Part shown: positions 1-11,432 of the stretch, one piece after another
How positions within the stretch are numbered: position 1 is the first letter of the stretch
Layout of the letters: every line of letters begins with the position of its first letter
NCBI GenBank assembly: GCA_010093995.1
Contig: ML992501.1
Location: forward strand, 2,607,320 to 2,633,319
Direction: 5' to 3'
DNA length: 26,000 nt
Source of the DNA: Elsinoe ampelina
Lineage: Eukaryota
Program-made: the position numbers and the translations under genes
The notes under the pieces: model-generated
Databases searched by the model: none
Told to the model about the DNA's origin: nothing
Seen by the model: the letters and a program-made list of their open reading frames with translations, nothing else

Positions 1-677
1 ATGCTGTACCATGCCTCCACAACGAAGATGCTTCGGCCGAGGACCAGATCATCTAGCATGTGCCTTGGCAGGACCATCGAGCCGCCAATCGCCCCTCATA
101 TCTGGAGGTGATGGACACGGTAGAAGTGGACACTTGTGCTGCTCTGCGACCTGACCCACCAGACGATTCGACACGCGGCTTGTGCTCGATGCTCGATATT
201 TTGTTTACACTGAATGAACAGTCCAATTTCACGTGCTCAGCACAATCAGTAGTACCCTGTCGGTGTTTGGCAGTAAACGGCCGCAAGCGCAATAAGAGCG
301 ATAGACCAAAGGCGCAACAGTCGTCGGGAAGAAAAGGAGATTGTGCAGAGTCCATGCCCGGAACACCCCGCCGGCTCAAAAGCAAAAGCCAAAATCCTGT
401 GACATGTATAGAAATGAAGATCCCTGTCTCAGCTTGTCGCTGTTGCAATTACCTGTCTCACTGCTGACGAGTCTAAACCAGACGCCAATCGTTGTTGGGT
501 CCCGCCAACGAAATTTCACTAGACAAGGCCCTAGACATCTGCGAGAAGATCGTCTTCTCCTTTCTTGCAATCATACCAGTCCAACTCACTTCGGTCTTTC
601 CTGCCTGGCCTTTCAATACCCTCTACCACGCCGTCAACTACTTTCGCAACCCGCGCAACATTGATCAAAACCTCAAG

Positions 678-2056
<1,379 letters not shown>

Positions 2057-2883
2057 AGCAGCGATTCCAAGACTTGCGTGTCCCCTTCAGACCGGGATTA
2101 ATGTTCCTTTCTTGTGCATTCTTGGAGGCGTTGTAGAGCCTGGACATTTTACATAACATAGACATAGCTTCACATGACCCAAAAGCGCGACTATATCGCT
2201 GTTGGAAAGATAATACCCGGAAATCTAATGAAGTCAATCTTGACCTACTACTACTCCTCTCAAAGACCTTTTAAATTGTCCATTCTATCATGTTCGGACT
2301 ACTCAAAGTGCATTCATACTATACAATATTCTCAATATGACGTCGCAGCACATAAAATCACGTGGCTTGCACTTGGCAGGAAACGGCCTCATCGTCCGAT
2401 GAGCTTCTCAAAATTGACAGTGTCGATCAACGAATGTGTCAGCCATGTAAACGGCATCATGTCATCGCTTTTGCCAATACTGACCTCATCATTCTCACCT
2501 ATCCAATATCGGTTCAGAACATTATTGTATGGTCAGGATCGACTGCCCCCGATCCAAAGATGGCCTGTGCCTTCTGCCGGCTGCAAAATGCTAGATCGGC
2601 ACCCACAGGACAACCAGGCAACACTTTGACTCACGACTAACACCCTTGAGGCAGCCTCTGGATGGCAGATGCGCTACCCACGAGAATGTGGCGGAAGAAC
2701 GCGTGGGGTAGAATAACATCTACCGACAGGATCATGCCTTCGCATTGAGCTGACCGTACCCATGGACCATGTGGGGATGCTTACAGGGCGCCGCATCAAA
2801 CTATCCATGCAGACTCGTCCTTTAAGGCTTATCTTCTTACAAAACCACATTCCAGACCGGCGGTGGCAATCACGCTACGCAAG

Positions 2884-4557
2884 ATGTCTATCAGCTCCGT
2901 ATGGCTATCGTCTCTCGCTGGGCAGCCGCTTGTGGCTAGAGGTGCCGCAATTGCTTCACTGGGGCTCACTCTTATTGTTTTGCTTGTCATCTACAGGATC
3001 TTCCTCCATCCACTGTCTCGAATACCGGGTCCCTTTCTTGCGAGAATCAGCAACAACTGGAAGACATCAAAGTATCGACAAGGACAATGGCACGAGGACA
3101 TCGTCAAGCTGCACGAAACCTACGGCCGAGTCGTAAGGATCGCGCCCAATGAGATCTCCGTTGTGGACGAATATGCTATGAAGCAACTGTACGGACATGG
3201 ACACAACGCGGCAAAGACTGACTGGTATCGTATCTGGAACCCGCCTGGTATGACATCCATCTTTTCAGAGACAGACAAGTCGTATCACTCTTTCCTCCGG
3301 AAGCGGGTTTCACAGGCATATTCCATGTCATCCATGCTGAAATACGAGACCTACATCCAGAGATGTCTAGACTTGCTGCTGCATAGGCTTTGGGACATGG
3401 CGAGATCGCCCATCGATATCGATATAGCATCATGGACCAATGCTTTAGCCTTTGACGTGGTAGGCGAGCTCGCCTATGGTCAGGAGCTTGGCCACATCCG
3501 CACAGGCACAGACGTCCACGGACTACGAAACACCATATACGGCGCCTTTGTGTGGTTGTCATCCAATGGAGACAACACTCTGGCAAAATGGCTCTTGAAC
3601 CAGAAGAAGCTCGCAAAGATCATGCCAAACCCGTTCGGTAGCTTCTTGACATGGTCGACCGATGTTGTTACCGCGAGAATGACCGGCAAAGATAACGTTG
3701 AGAGGGATGACATGCTGAACCACTTCTGCCGAATGAAGACCGCTGATGGTAAAGCGGCGAGCCTTGACGATGTCTTGATAGAGGCAATGAACCTGGTGTT
3801 AGTAATTTAATTCATGTCAATTGATCACTAGACTGATGTTGTTTCCAGGGGCGCAGGTGCAGACACCACATCGATAGGCATGAAAGCCAATTTGTACTAC
3901 CTTGCGAAAAACCCTCGACACTACAAATTGCTGCAGGCTGAGGTCGACGCTTACTACAAGGACAATCAACTCAGCGAGCCCATCAAGTACCTCCAGACAC
4001 AACAACTCCCAATGCTCCAAGCCATTGTCAAGGAATCGACGAGACTTCTCCCTTCGATTGTCTTCCAGCTCCCACGAGTAGCTCCACCAAACTTTACGAT
4101 TCGAGACTACCATATCCCTCCCGGCACCTCAGTCGGCATCAGTCCCATTGCTCAAAATCGCGACAAGGAAATCTGGGGGCCCGACGCCAACGACTTCCGT
4201 CCCGAAAGATGGCTCGAAGATGAGGCCCGCGCTCGCTACCTCGACAGCAGCAACATGACTTTTGGCGGGAACGGACCGAGGACCTGTATCGGCAAGAACA
4301 TAGCGTTGGTAAGGCCACTCACCGTATCCTTGACACTAGGAAGCCGTAGCTGACATGACCTCTCTCAGGTCGAAATGCACAAATTCATCGCCCAATTCAT
4401 CCACCACTTTGATTTTGAGCTCGTCAACCCGGACAAGCCCTGGCGCATCACGTCGCATTGGTTCGCCATGCAGCATGAGTTTGGGTTGAGGGTCATGAGG
4501 AGAGAGCATGCACTGCCGAGGTCTGTGAGGAGCCCATACACCGCCCCGATGAGATGA
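2884..4557 (+). CDS. Cytochrome P450 monooxygenase (~520 aa); exons 2884-3797, 3849-4308, 4369-4557
   Basis: N-terminal TM anchor followed by HPLSRIPGP; I-helix AGADTT formed across intron 3798-3848; KESTR (ExxR); FRPERW; heme motif FGGNGPRTCIG; second intron 4309-4368 (GTAAGG...GCTGAC...CAG). Confidence 0.95.
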
Positions 4558-5023
4558 TGGGGGCAGCGTACTCTGGCTATTCGTGAACACACATTGAGGA
4601 TGGCGAGGTGAGACGATGCAACCAGGCAAGAGGAAACCGGACTCTTGTGAGAGCAGTAGTCAAAGGCGACTCGGGCGTGACACGCAGTGCGTTTTCAACG
4701 TGACGCTCGTGCATATACACGCCAGAAATCTCAGCTCGTCTGACATATCGTTCCATGGAAAGTAGCTATGTACACGGGTTCAAGTGTGAATCTTCCTTCT
4801 CGATCGTAGAGGCAGAGGAATTTCGGCAGTTGACGTAATGCGGTTCACCGAGCAACCAGATCCAATTTCAGCCAATCGGAGTTCACCCGCTAGCATCGTC
4901 ATTCCCAGCAGCGTGAACCACAGCGGCTCATCTACATCTTTCACTGTAGAACTACTCTACTTCGAGACTTCACACCTAGACATGATCAACATCGTTCAAT
5001 AACATTTTACCACATCAATCAAC

Positions 5024-5731
5024 ATGCCACCAAAACGCACTACCCGCACCTCCTCACGAGGTACCCGCACCTCAGGCCAAGGCGTCCTCTCCTTCAACGC
5101 CCGCGTCACAAAACCCAACACCTCACCACGCTCAGCAAAATCCAAGAAAGACCCAGGCCTTCTCGAAGCCGAACTCCACGATCAATCCGCGCCTGACTCC
5201 GCCGTCTCTCCCCCTGCCAAATCCCTCGGCCCCCCTCCCGCCGCCGACCCCATCTCCACCTCCCCCGTCAAAACAGAAGACGTCCTCGGCGGCCTCGCCA
5301 CACCCGAGCCAGAAACCCCAGAGACCAACGAGGAAGAAGCAGCCGACAACGCCGCCGCCCTCAAGCTCCCCGTGAGCCGCATCAAGTCCTACTGGCGCGA
5401 GAAAGAAGCAGCTCGATTAGCGCCCAGGGTTCACCAGGAGGGACTGAGTCTGGCGGAGAAGATCCTTAGGGAGTGGGATATGAGTGGGCAGTATGGGCCT
5501 TGTATTGGGATCAGTAGGGTGGGGAGGTGGAGGAGGGCGAAGGGGTTGGGGTTGGAGCCGCCTTTGGAGGTGTTGGGGGTTTTGTTGGGGAGGTTGGATG
5601 GGGAGGGGGGCGGAAAGGGGAAGGGGGCCAAGGGGGGAGGGAATGGGAAGGGGGTGAAGGAGGAGGAGGAGGGCGTGGAGGGCAGGGCATATGTGGATTT
5701 ATTGATGGGGAATAGGATGGTGGCTGTTTAG
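5024..5731 (+). CDS. POLD4: DNA polymerase delta subunit 4 (Cdm1/p12 family)
   Basis: Basic N-terminus with PIP-like QGVLSF; conserved C-terminal EKILREWDMSGQYGPCIGISRVGRWRRAKGLGLEPPLEV motif; intronless ORF. Confidence 0.9.
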   Translation: MPPKRTTRTSSRGTRTSGQGVLSFNARVTKPNTSPRSAKSKKDPGLLEAELHDQSAPDSAVSPPAKSLGPPPAADPISTSPVKTEDVLGGLATPEPETPETNEEEAADNAAALKLPVSRIKSYWREKEAARLAPRVHQEGLSLAEKILREWDMSGQYGPCIGISRVGRWRRAKGLGLEPPLEVLGVLLGRLDGEGGGKGKGAKGGGNGKGVKEEEEGVEGRAYVDLLMGNRMVAV

Positions 5732-6040
5732 AGAGGGAGGCATTGAGTGTGAGGAGGGAGGGGTTGGAAAGGCATGAGGGATCGGGTATGGGAATGATAC
5801 CAGGCGTTCACTGGAGGATCGTATTGTTGAGACCACAGTATCATGATGAATTGATCTTTGATGAACATCTCTCCTTGCCTGTCCAGCTGTCGTTGTGTGA
5901 ATCGCCCTTGCGGAGTGGCATGTGGGGCATCTGAAAGTGCTTGCATACAAAATTCCTGGAATTGCATGTCTACCTCTTTGCTTTCCCAACAACACCAGAG
6001 CTTGGAAGACCTTTAAGCTAATCACAACTTGTGTATCAAG

Positions 6041-7321
6041 ATGAGTGCGGATAAGAATGATGCTGAGGCATTGATACCGCGTTTTGTCTTTGAACGTCTC
6101 TTGAATCAGGGTAAGTGTCACTCTAACCTTTCACCGCTTCAGTCACAGTGTCACCCAAGACCATTATGAACTCGGCACTATCACAAGTCTGACTGTGGTA
6201 GACTCTCAAGGCCGACGTATCATCCTGCTCGGCAAGATTGATGATCGCCCCGCTCTGCTCACCGCCGAGCGAGCAGCTTTCAGCTCATCCCAGGAGCATC
6301 TCCTGCGCTTCGTATCCTCCCTATCCTCAGTGGAAAATTTGGGCGACAACGATATCTATCGCTGGTACCTTGCTCGTACTGCAGCTTCTCCGGACAATGG
6401 GACCGATGCAGCTACACCTCACGACCTCAAGCTCAACCTGATCTATCCTTGCACCGATAAGCACATCAGGAAGTACACTCCCCAGAAGGCTCGTTACGTT
6501 ACCGAGACACCCGAAATCTACGCCAGATACGTCCGCCCCTGGATTATCCAACAGCGAGATGAAGGCCGTCTGACATGGGTCTTCAACATCCTCGAAGGCA
6601 AGACCGAAGTCGAAGATGTCCTCTATCGCAGCTGGGAACACACATCCACTCTCGGACAAGACGAATCCACCCAAGAAGAGAACGACAAGCGCTTCATCCT
6701 CCTGCCTGACCTCAACTGGGACCGAAAGACTCTCTCGGCCCTGCACCTCCTCGCCCTCCCCGAGCGTCGCGACAAATGGTCAGTCCGCGACCTGCACAAA
6801 TCTGACGTGCCCTGGCTCGAAGACATGGTCCGCCGCCTCGAAACAGCCGTCGCCGAACTCTACGGCAAAGGTGGCGAAAAAGCCAATCAGAGCTCCGGCG
6901 AGTGGATCGAGAGCGACCAGATTAAGTTCTACCTACACTGTATGTCCCCTCTCCCCTCCCACTGCCCTCCGTTTCCTGCCTCTCCCTTCCTCCCCTCCTT
7001 CCCTTCTCCAAAACTCGTTCCAGTTCTGTCCAAGCATGACTACACCCCCCAGACCAACCCACCTACCATCACCTACACATCCACATCGTCGCCCTCACTC
7101 TCGACGCCGGCGCCACCCAAGCCGTAGGCAAAGCCCTCGACCTGCGCACCGTGATCGGCATCCTCAAAGCCCTGCCCGACCCTGGCTCGTCCATGGCGGA
7201 TATCGACATCTCCTACGGCGTTGGCGAGGGGACGGAGTTGTGGGAGAAGATCTGGGCGCCGTTGAAGAGGGGGGAGGAACCTGCGGTGGGGGATGGAGCT
7301 GAAGGGGCGAAGGGGAAGTGA
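6041..7321 (+). CDS. DCS1: Scavenger mRNA decapping enzyme (m7GpppX diphosphatase, HIT family); exons 6041-6110, 6202-6939, 7053-7321
   Basis: LIPRFVFERLLNQ start, LIYPCTDKHIRKY, WVFNILEG, LLPDLNWD; the HIT motif HYQPTYHHLHIH forms after splicing 6940-7052; introns GTAAGT..TAG (6111-6201) and GTATGT..CAG. Confidence 0.94.
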
Positions 7322-8441
7322 GCGGCTTAGGCCGTGGAGGTCCGGGATGGACCTTTGTCGTGGAAATGACATAGGCAGGAAATCTGCCTGGTACAGCCTG
7401 ATTAGGCTTGACTCATGGTTATGAGTAAGACGGGAAGCGTCTTAGAGGCAGATGTCTCTATCTTTGATATGAGGGTTGCGTAGGAAAACGCAAAGTCCGC
7501 TGGAGCTGTTTCGTTGGCTGCCATGTCCAGGCATGAGGTGTGCTTGGCTGAGCGCTTTTGAGCGATGCCAGAGAGGCACGAGGAGGAGCTAAAACAACGC
7601 GGAACGGGGTAGAAGGTACTCAGAGTCGCGGACGAGGTTCGTTTGGAAAGACAGGTTGAGATTGAGCTAGGTATGCGGCAAGTCGATGATGGGCTTTTGG
7701 CTTCTCGTTGGCGAGGAGGGATTCAACTCCCACTGGGTTGGGCTGGCGGTGCAGATGTTACCACCGACTAGATTTGCTTCCTAGCCTTGGGCTTGCTTTT
7801 GTCATTGACCTTGCTGGACATCTTTGGATAGTCCGTTCGCTCATTTATATGCATTGGAATTTGACTTGGAAACTCTTCCCACCTTCGACTTACCAACCAT
7901 GACTTGTGACCATTTGGACGTCATTCGGTCAGTGCCTGTGTAAATGAAGCACTCTTCAAGCCGAGCTCATCTGTGCTCCTTGACCGTGTGCTTGACAAAA
8001 GATTGCACAGCCATCGTGTGTCACAGCAGAAAATAGGCGGGAATTGCACCAGGGAACCGGAAGACATAGCAGCATGACAGCATAACGTTACTCACAGATG
8101 AACGGTGGTCTGAGAAAGGTAGATTTGATTAGCGAGCTGCTTTGACAAAAGGTGCTGAGAGAGACCAACCATAGTGACCATCTGTGAAGGCCGTCCGACC
8201 ACTCCTCCAAGTCAAGAGTCCCTGCGTGCTGATGTCGAATAGGTGCGATATGGTCGTTGCATATTCGCGTTTCAACGAGCATCCCCAATGCCTCGCTCAG
8301 CTTCCATCCCCGGAGAGACAGATTGCGATCTTTGCCGTTGCGCGATACATCGCGACTGCATCGTCTGGGCCCATCTGAACGCATACTGGCCCGACAGATG
8401 CGCATAATCATATCCTTCACTCTCCCACATGTGGTCCTCCA

Positions 8442-8873
8442 CTAGTACCTATACCTCGTCGAATAATCCTTCGGACTAACCACCAACCCCCTCCCCTTCT
8501 TCGCCCCCCTATAAATCGTCTCCAAAATATCAATCAACTCCTGCTTATCCTCCAACACCCAATTCAGCTTGTTATTATTTCCGGTACCGAAATCACACAT
8601 CATGTGCTTGTTCCTGAAGAAGAACATGATGGTGCAAGGGTCATACAGCTCGTACATGGCTTTGAAGTCGGGCACTTGGTCCAGGTCGCATACGTAGATG
8701 ACGGCAAAGTTCTTGACGCGGTCGGCGATGCGGTAGAGCACTTCGTCCTGGCGCATGCAGTCGGCGTCCCAGTCGCGCCCGAAGCGGATGACCACGAGGC
8801 GTTCTTCTTCGGAGAGGATGGCTTGGTCGACGTGCCAGCCTGTGACGAGGTGGGGGAGGACGACGGAGCCCAT
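8442..8873 (-). CDS. DIB1: U5 snRNP thioredoxin-like protein Dim1/Dib1 (TXNL4A)
   Basis: Near-invariant family sequence: LPHLVTGWHVDQAILSEEERLVVIRFG ... GTGNNNKLNW ... GLVVSPKDYSTRYRY; 143 aa, intronless. Confidence 0.98.
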   Translation of the reverse strand: MGSVVLPHLVTGWHVDQAILSEEERLVVIRFGRDWDADCMRQDEVLYRIADRVKNFAVIYVCDLDQVPDFKAMYELYDPCTIMFFFRNKHMMCDFGTGNNNKLNWVLEDKQELIDILETIYRGAKKGRGLVVSPKDYSTRYRY

Positions 8874-9217
8874 GGTGGGCGCGTGGATGTGCGATGGGGT
8901 GAGGTGTCGGTGGAATGGAGTGGGTTTCGACAGCTGAATAAGATCCGGGGGACGCTGAATTTAGGACGCTGCTCGATCCTGATGAGTGATTTTGTGTAAA
9001 GTGGAAGTGGTGGTGGAAGTGGTGAAGTGAAAGAGCTGGAAGTGCATGACTGGAAATTTCCATCTGCAGGAGTCACATGACTCTCGTCGACCCCGCCATC
9101 CCACCATTCACATGCATGCTTCAAAGACAAAGATATCTCTGCCTGAGATACTCATACACATATGCAGTAGTTGCAGAGACCAACCAACATTCCAGCATAC
9201 TTCACAGACACGCTAAC

Positions 9218-10023
9218 ATGGCGGACAACAGTCCCGATGTGCCCAAGAGCGCAAAGCGCTTCATCCCATTAGGTAGGCATACCAGACTCCACATTGCCGA
9301 CACCATCACTCACAATTCCCAGAAAACAACCCAGAAGTAATGAGCTCTCTCCTCCACGAGCTCGGCCTCTCCCCATCCCTCAGCTTCCACGACGTATACA
9401 GCATCGACGACCCATCCCTCCTCGAATTCGTGCCCCGCCCCGCGCACGCCCTCCTCCTCGTCTTCCCCGTCAGCGCTACCTACGAAAAATTCCGACGTTC
9501 CGAAGACGCATCCAAAGAGGAATACGCAGGCGCCGGCACCTCGGAAGAAGTCGTCTGGTACAAACAAACAATCGGCAACGCGTGTGGACTCATCGGGCTA
9601 CTACACGGGGTGTCCAACGGTGCCGCGAGGGATTTTATTACCGCGGACTCGGATCTAGCGACGCTATTGAAGCAGGCGATACCTCTCGGGCCGAAGGAGA
9701 GGGCGGATCTGCTGTATGAGAGTCAGGCGCTAGAGAAGGCTCATCAGGGGGCGGCGGAGGGTGGGGACAGTAGGGCGCCGGAAGCCGGGGACGATGTGGA
9801 TCTGCACTATGTCTGTTTTGTGAAGAGCAAGGAGGGGAATTTGTGGGAAATGGATGGGAGGAGGAAGGGGCCGTTGAAGAGAGGGGTGTTGGGTGAGGGG
9901 GAGGACGTGCTGAGTGAAAAGGCACTCGATCTGGGGGTGAGGAGTTTCTTGAAGAGAGAGGCAGAGGCTGGTGGTGGTGAGTTGAGGTTCAGCCTGATTG
10001 CTCTGGCGCAGGGCTTTGATTGA
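9218..10023 (+). CDS. YUH1: Ubiquitin C-terminal hydrolase (peptidase C12, UCH-L3/Yuh1); exons 9218-9272, 9323-10023
   Basis: FIPLENNPEV across intron 9273-9322; catalytic KQTIGNACG (Q, C), DLHYVCF (H), EMDGRRKGP (D); ends RFSLIALA. Confidence 0.95.
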
Positions 10024-11318
10024 GCATGGTGGAAGAGGGTCATTGGCAAGATCTTGGTGCGTGCGGCATTCCGGCGGGAATGGCTGAATCGATAGAGATT
10101 GACAGCTCAGGGCTAGAGGAGCTTAAAGTTGGAGTCTGGACGGGATGAGGACATTCTGTCAGTAATCATGTGGCAACAAGCCACGCGGTGGTTATTCATC
10201 AGCGGATCAGACATGGACGGCAGTTTGTCGACGTTACAACGTGTCTATGAGTGCGTGGCGGTCACGAGACATTCGTGTTGGCTATCCATGGACAAGGCGA
10301 TAGGCAAAGTAGGCATGGGCTAGACTCATGAGATTTTCGACAGTCGGCGAGTGAGACGAACGGTATCGATATCTGGGTAGACGGATATTGTGGTAACGGC
10401 AAGCCAGACTAGAATCATCGTGGCCACGAGATCTGCTAACATTGTCGTTGATGTGCAAGACCCGAAAAATGCCAGGAGTAACAAGGTGTGGCTAAATGGT
10501 GGTGATGGGAAGGATGCAAGGTTAGGTAAGGGGACGACGGGTGATCGGCAAGATTATGCACGTCTATTCACGACGGCGTCATATCCAGTCTGCCGGGTCC
10601 TCCTTAGCCAAGCTGCGTCTAGCCTGTTCAAGAGCTTTCCTGCCCGAACGCGTCGCCTCCCTGTGATTTCTGACCAGAACCACGGATCTGGCTGCTGCCA
10701 CCTCATCAATATTTCTCCTCTTCAACATGCGGGCATCGCGGGACCACCCGCATCCGTGGGGGCTACACTGCATCACACCGACTACTGTACTGTACAATTC
10801 CTTCTCACCTGACCGTATCGAAGTGATCCGCATGCAGCTCCGAACCATGAATGCGGCAGTGAATACGCACTGGCCAGCGGCCTTTTCGCCACGGGCAGCA
10901 TTCCTCATTCCTTGACCTCGTCGGCCAGAATTCCGCAAATTCCCACGCACAACCGTTTGCACTTCAACTCCTCGCCCGTTGCCCTGATCACCCTGCCGCA
11001 TCAACAGCTCTACACTTGCCGTGTCTCTGCTCCAATCAGATCGTCTCTCGATCCAGGAGTTGTCCCCAGCGTCGGCGACCTTTGCATCACCTTACTCGCA
11101 TGTCCTGGGAAGCTACCGCATTGGGCAACCTCACTCTGGTATGATCAGCGAAAGCAGGGGAGAAGCTTAGCACGCACCATCTCCGAACCTCACGCGAAGG
11201 ACGCTCGAATCCCAAGCTACCAAGGAGATCGTCCCCTCAGTCCATTATCGTTCGTGTGACTCTCTCCCTTCTCTCTTCAACATCTTTATCCATCGAGACA
11301 CCACTGCTCTTCTTCTGG

Positions 11319-11432
11319 ATGGAACTCGACCCTCACTCTACCCATGGGAGCGACCTAACACCGGACGTTGAGTGGGCGCAAACCCAGTCAGCTCGCCTGT
11401 GGGATACAGGGCGCCCTAGAAAACGGTCATGA
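11319..11432 (+). promoter_or_regulatory. Candidate 37-aa upstream ORF whose TGA overlaps the GPCR ATG (ATGA); nested 4-aa uORF at 11344-11358
   Basis: ATG at 11319 reads open to TGA at 11430-11432, and the main ATG is 11429-11431. It lies just downstream of a CT-rich tract (~11260-11315). Transcription start is unknown. Confidence 0.5.

Noticed and set aside
359..373. CGG...CCG triplets upstream of GAL10 as a possible Gal4 site
   Set aside because: Spacing is N6 or N9, not the CGG-N11-CCG required for Gal4.
2362..2640. ORF with two CxxC motifs (CQPC, CAFC), the second resembling the start of a Zn2Cys6 cluster
   Set aside because: Non-ATG start, the remaining cluster cysteines are missing and there is no supportive splice structure; likely chance or an unrecognisable relic.
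8600..9130. Long alternative-frame and antisense ORFs overlapping DIB1 (also over DcpS, the GPCR and AA9)
   Set aside because: Shadow ORFs explained by high GC and codon bias of the real genes; translations are low-complexity.
10100..11260. Several 60-140 aa ORFs upstream of the GPCR
   Set aside because: No recognisable motifs and mostly non-ATG starts; consistent with a long promoter or leader.
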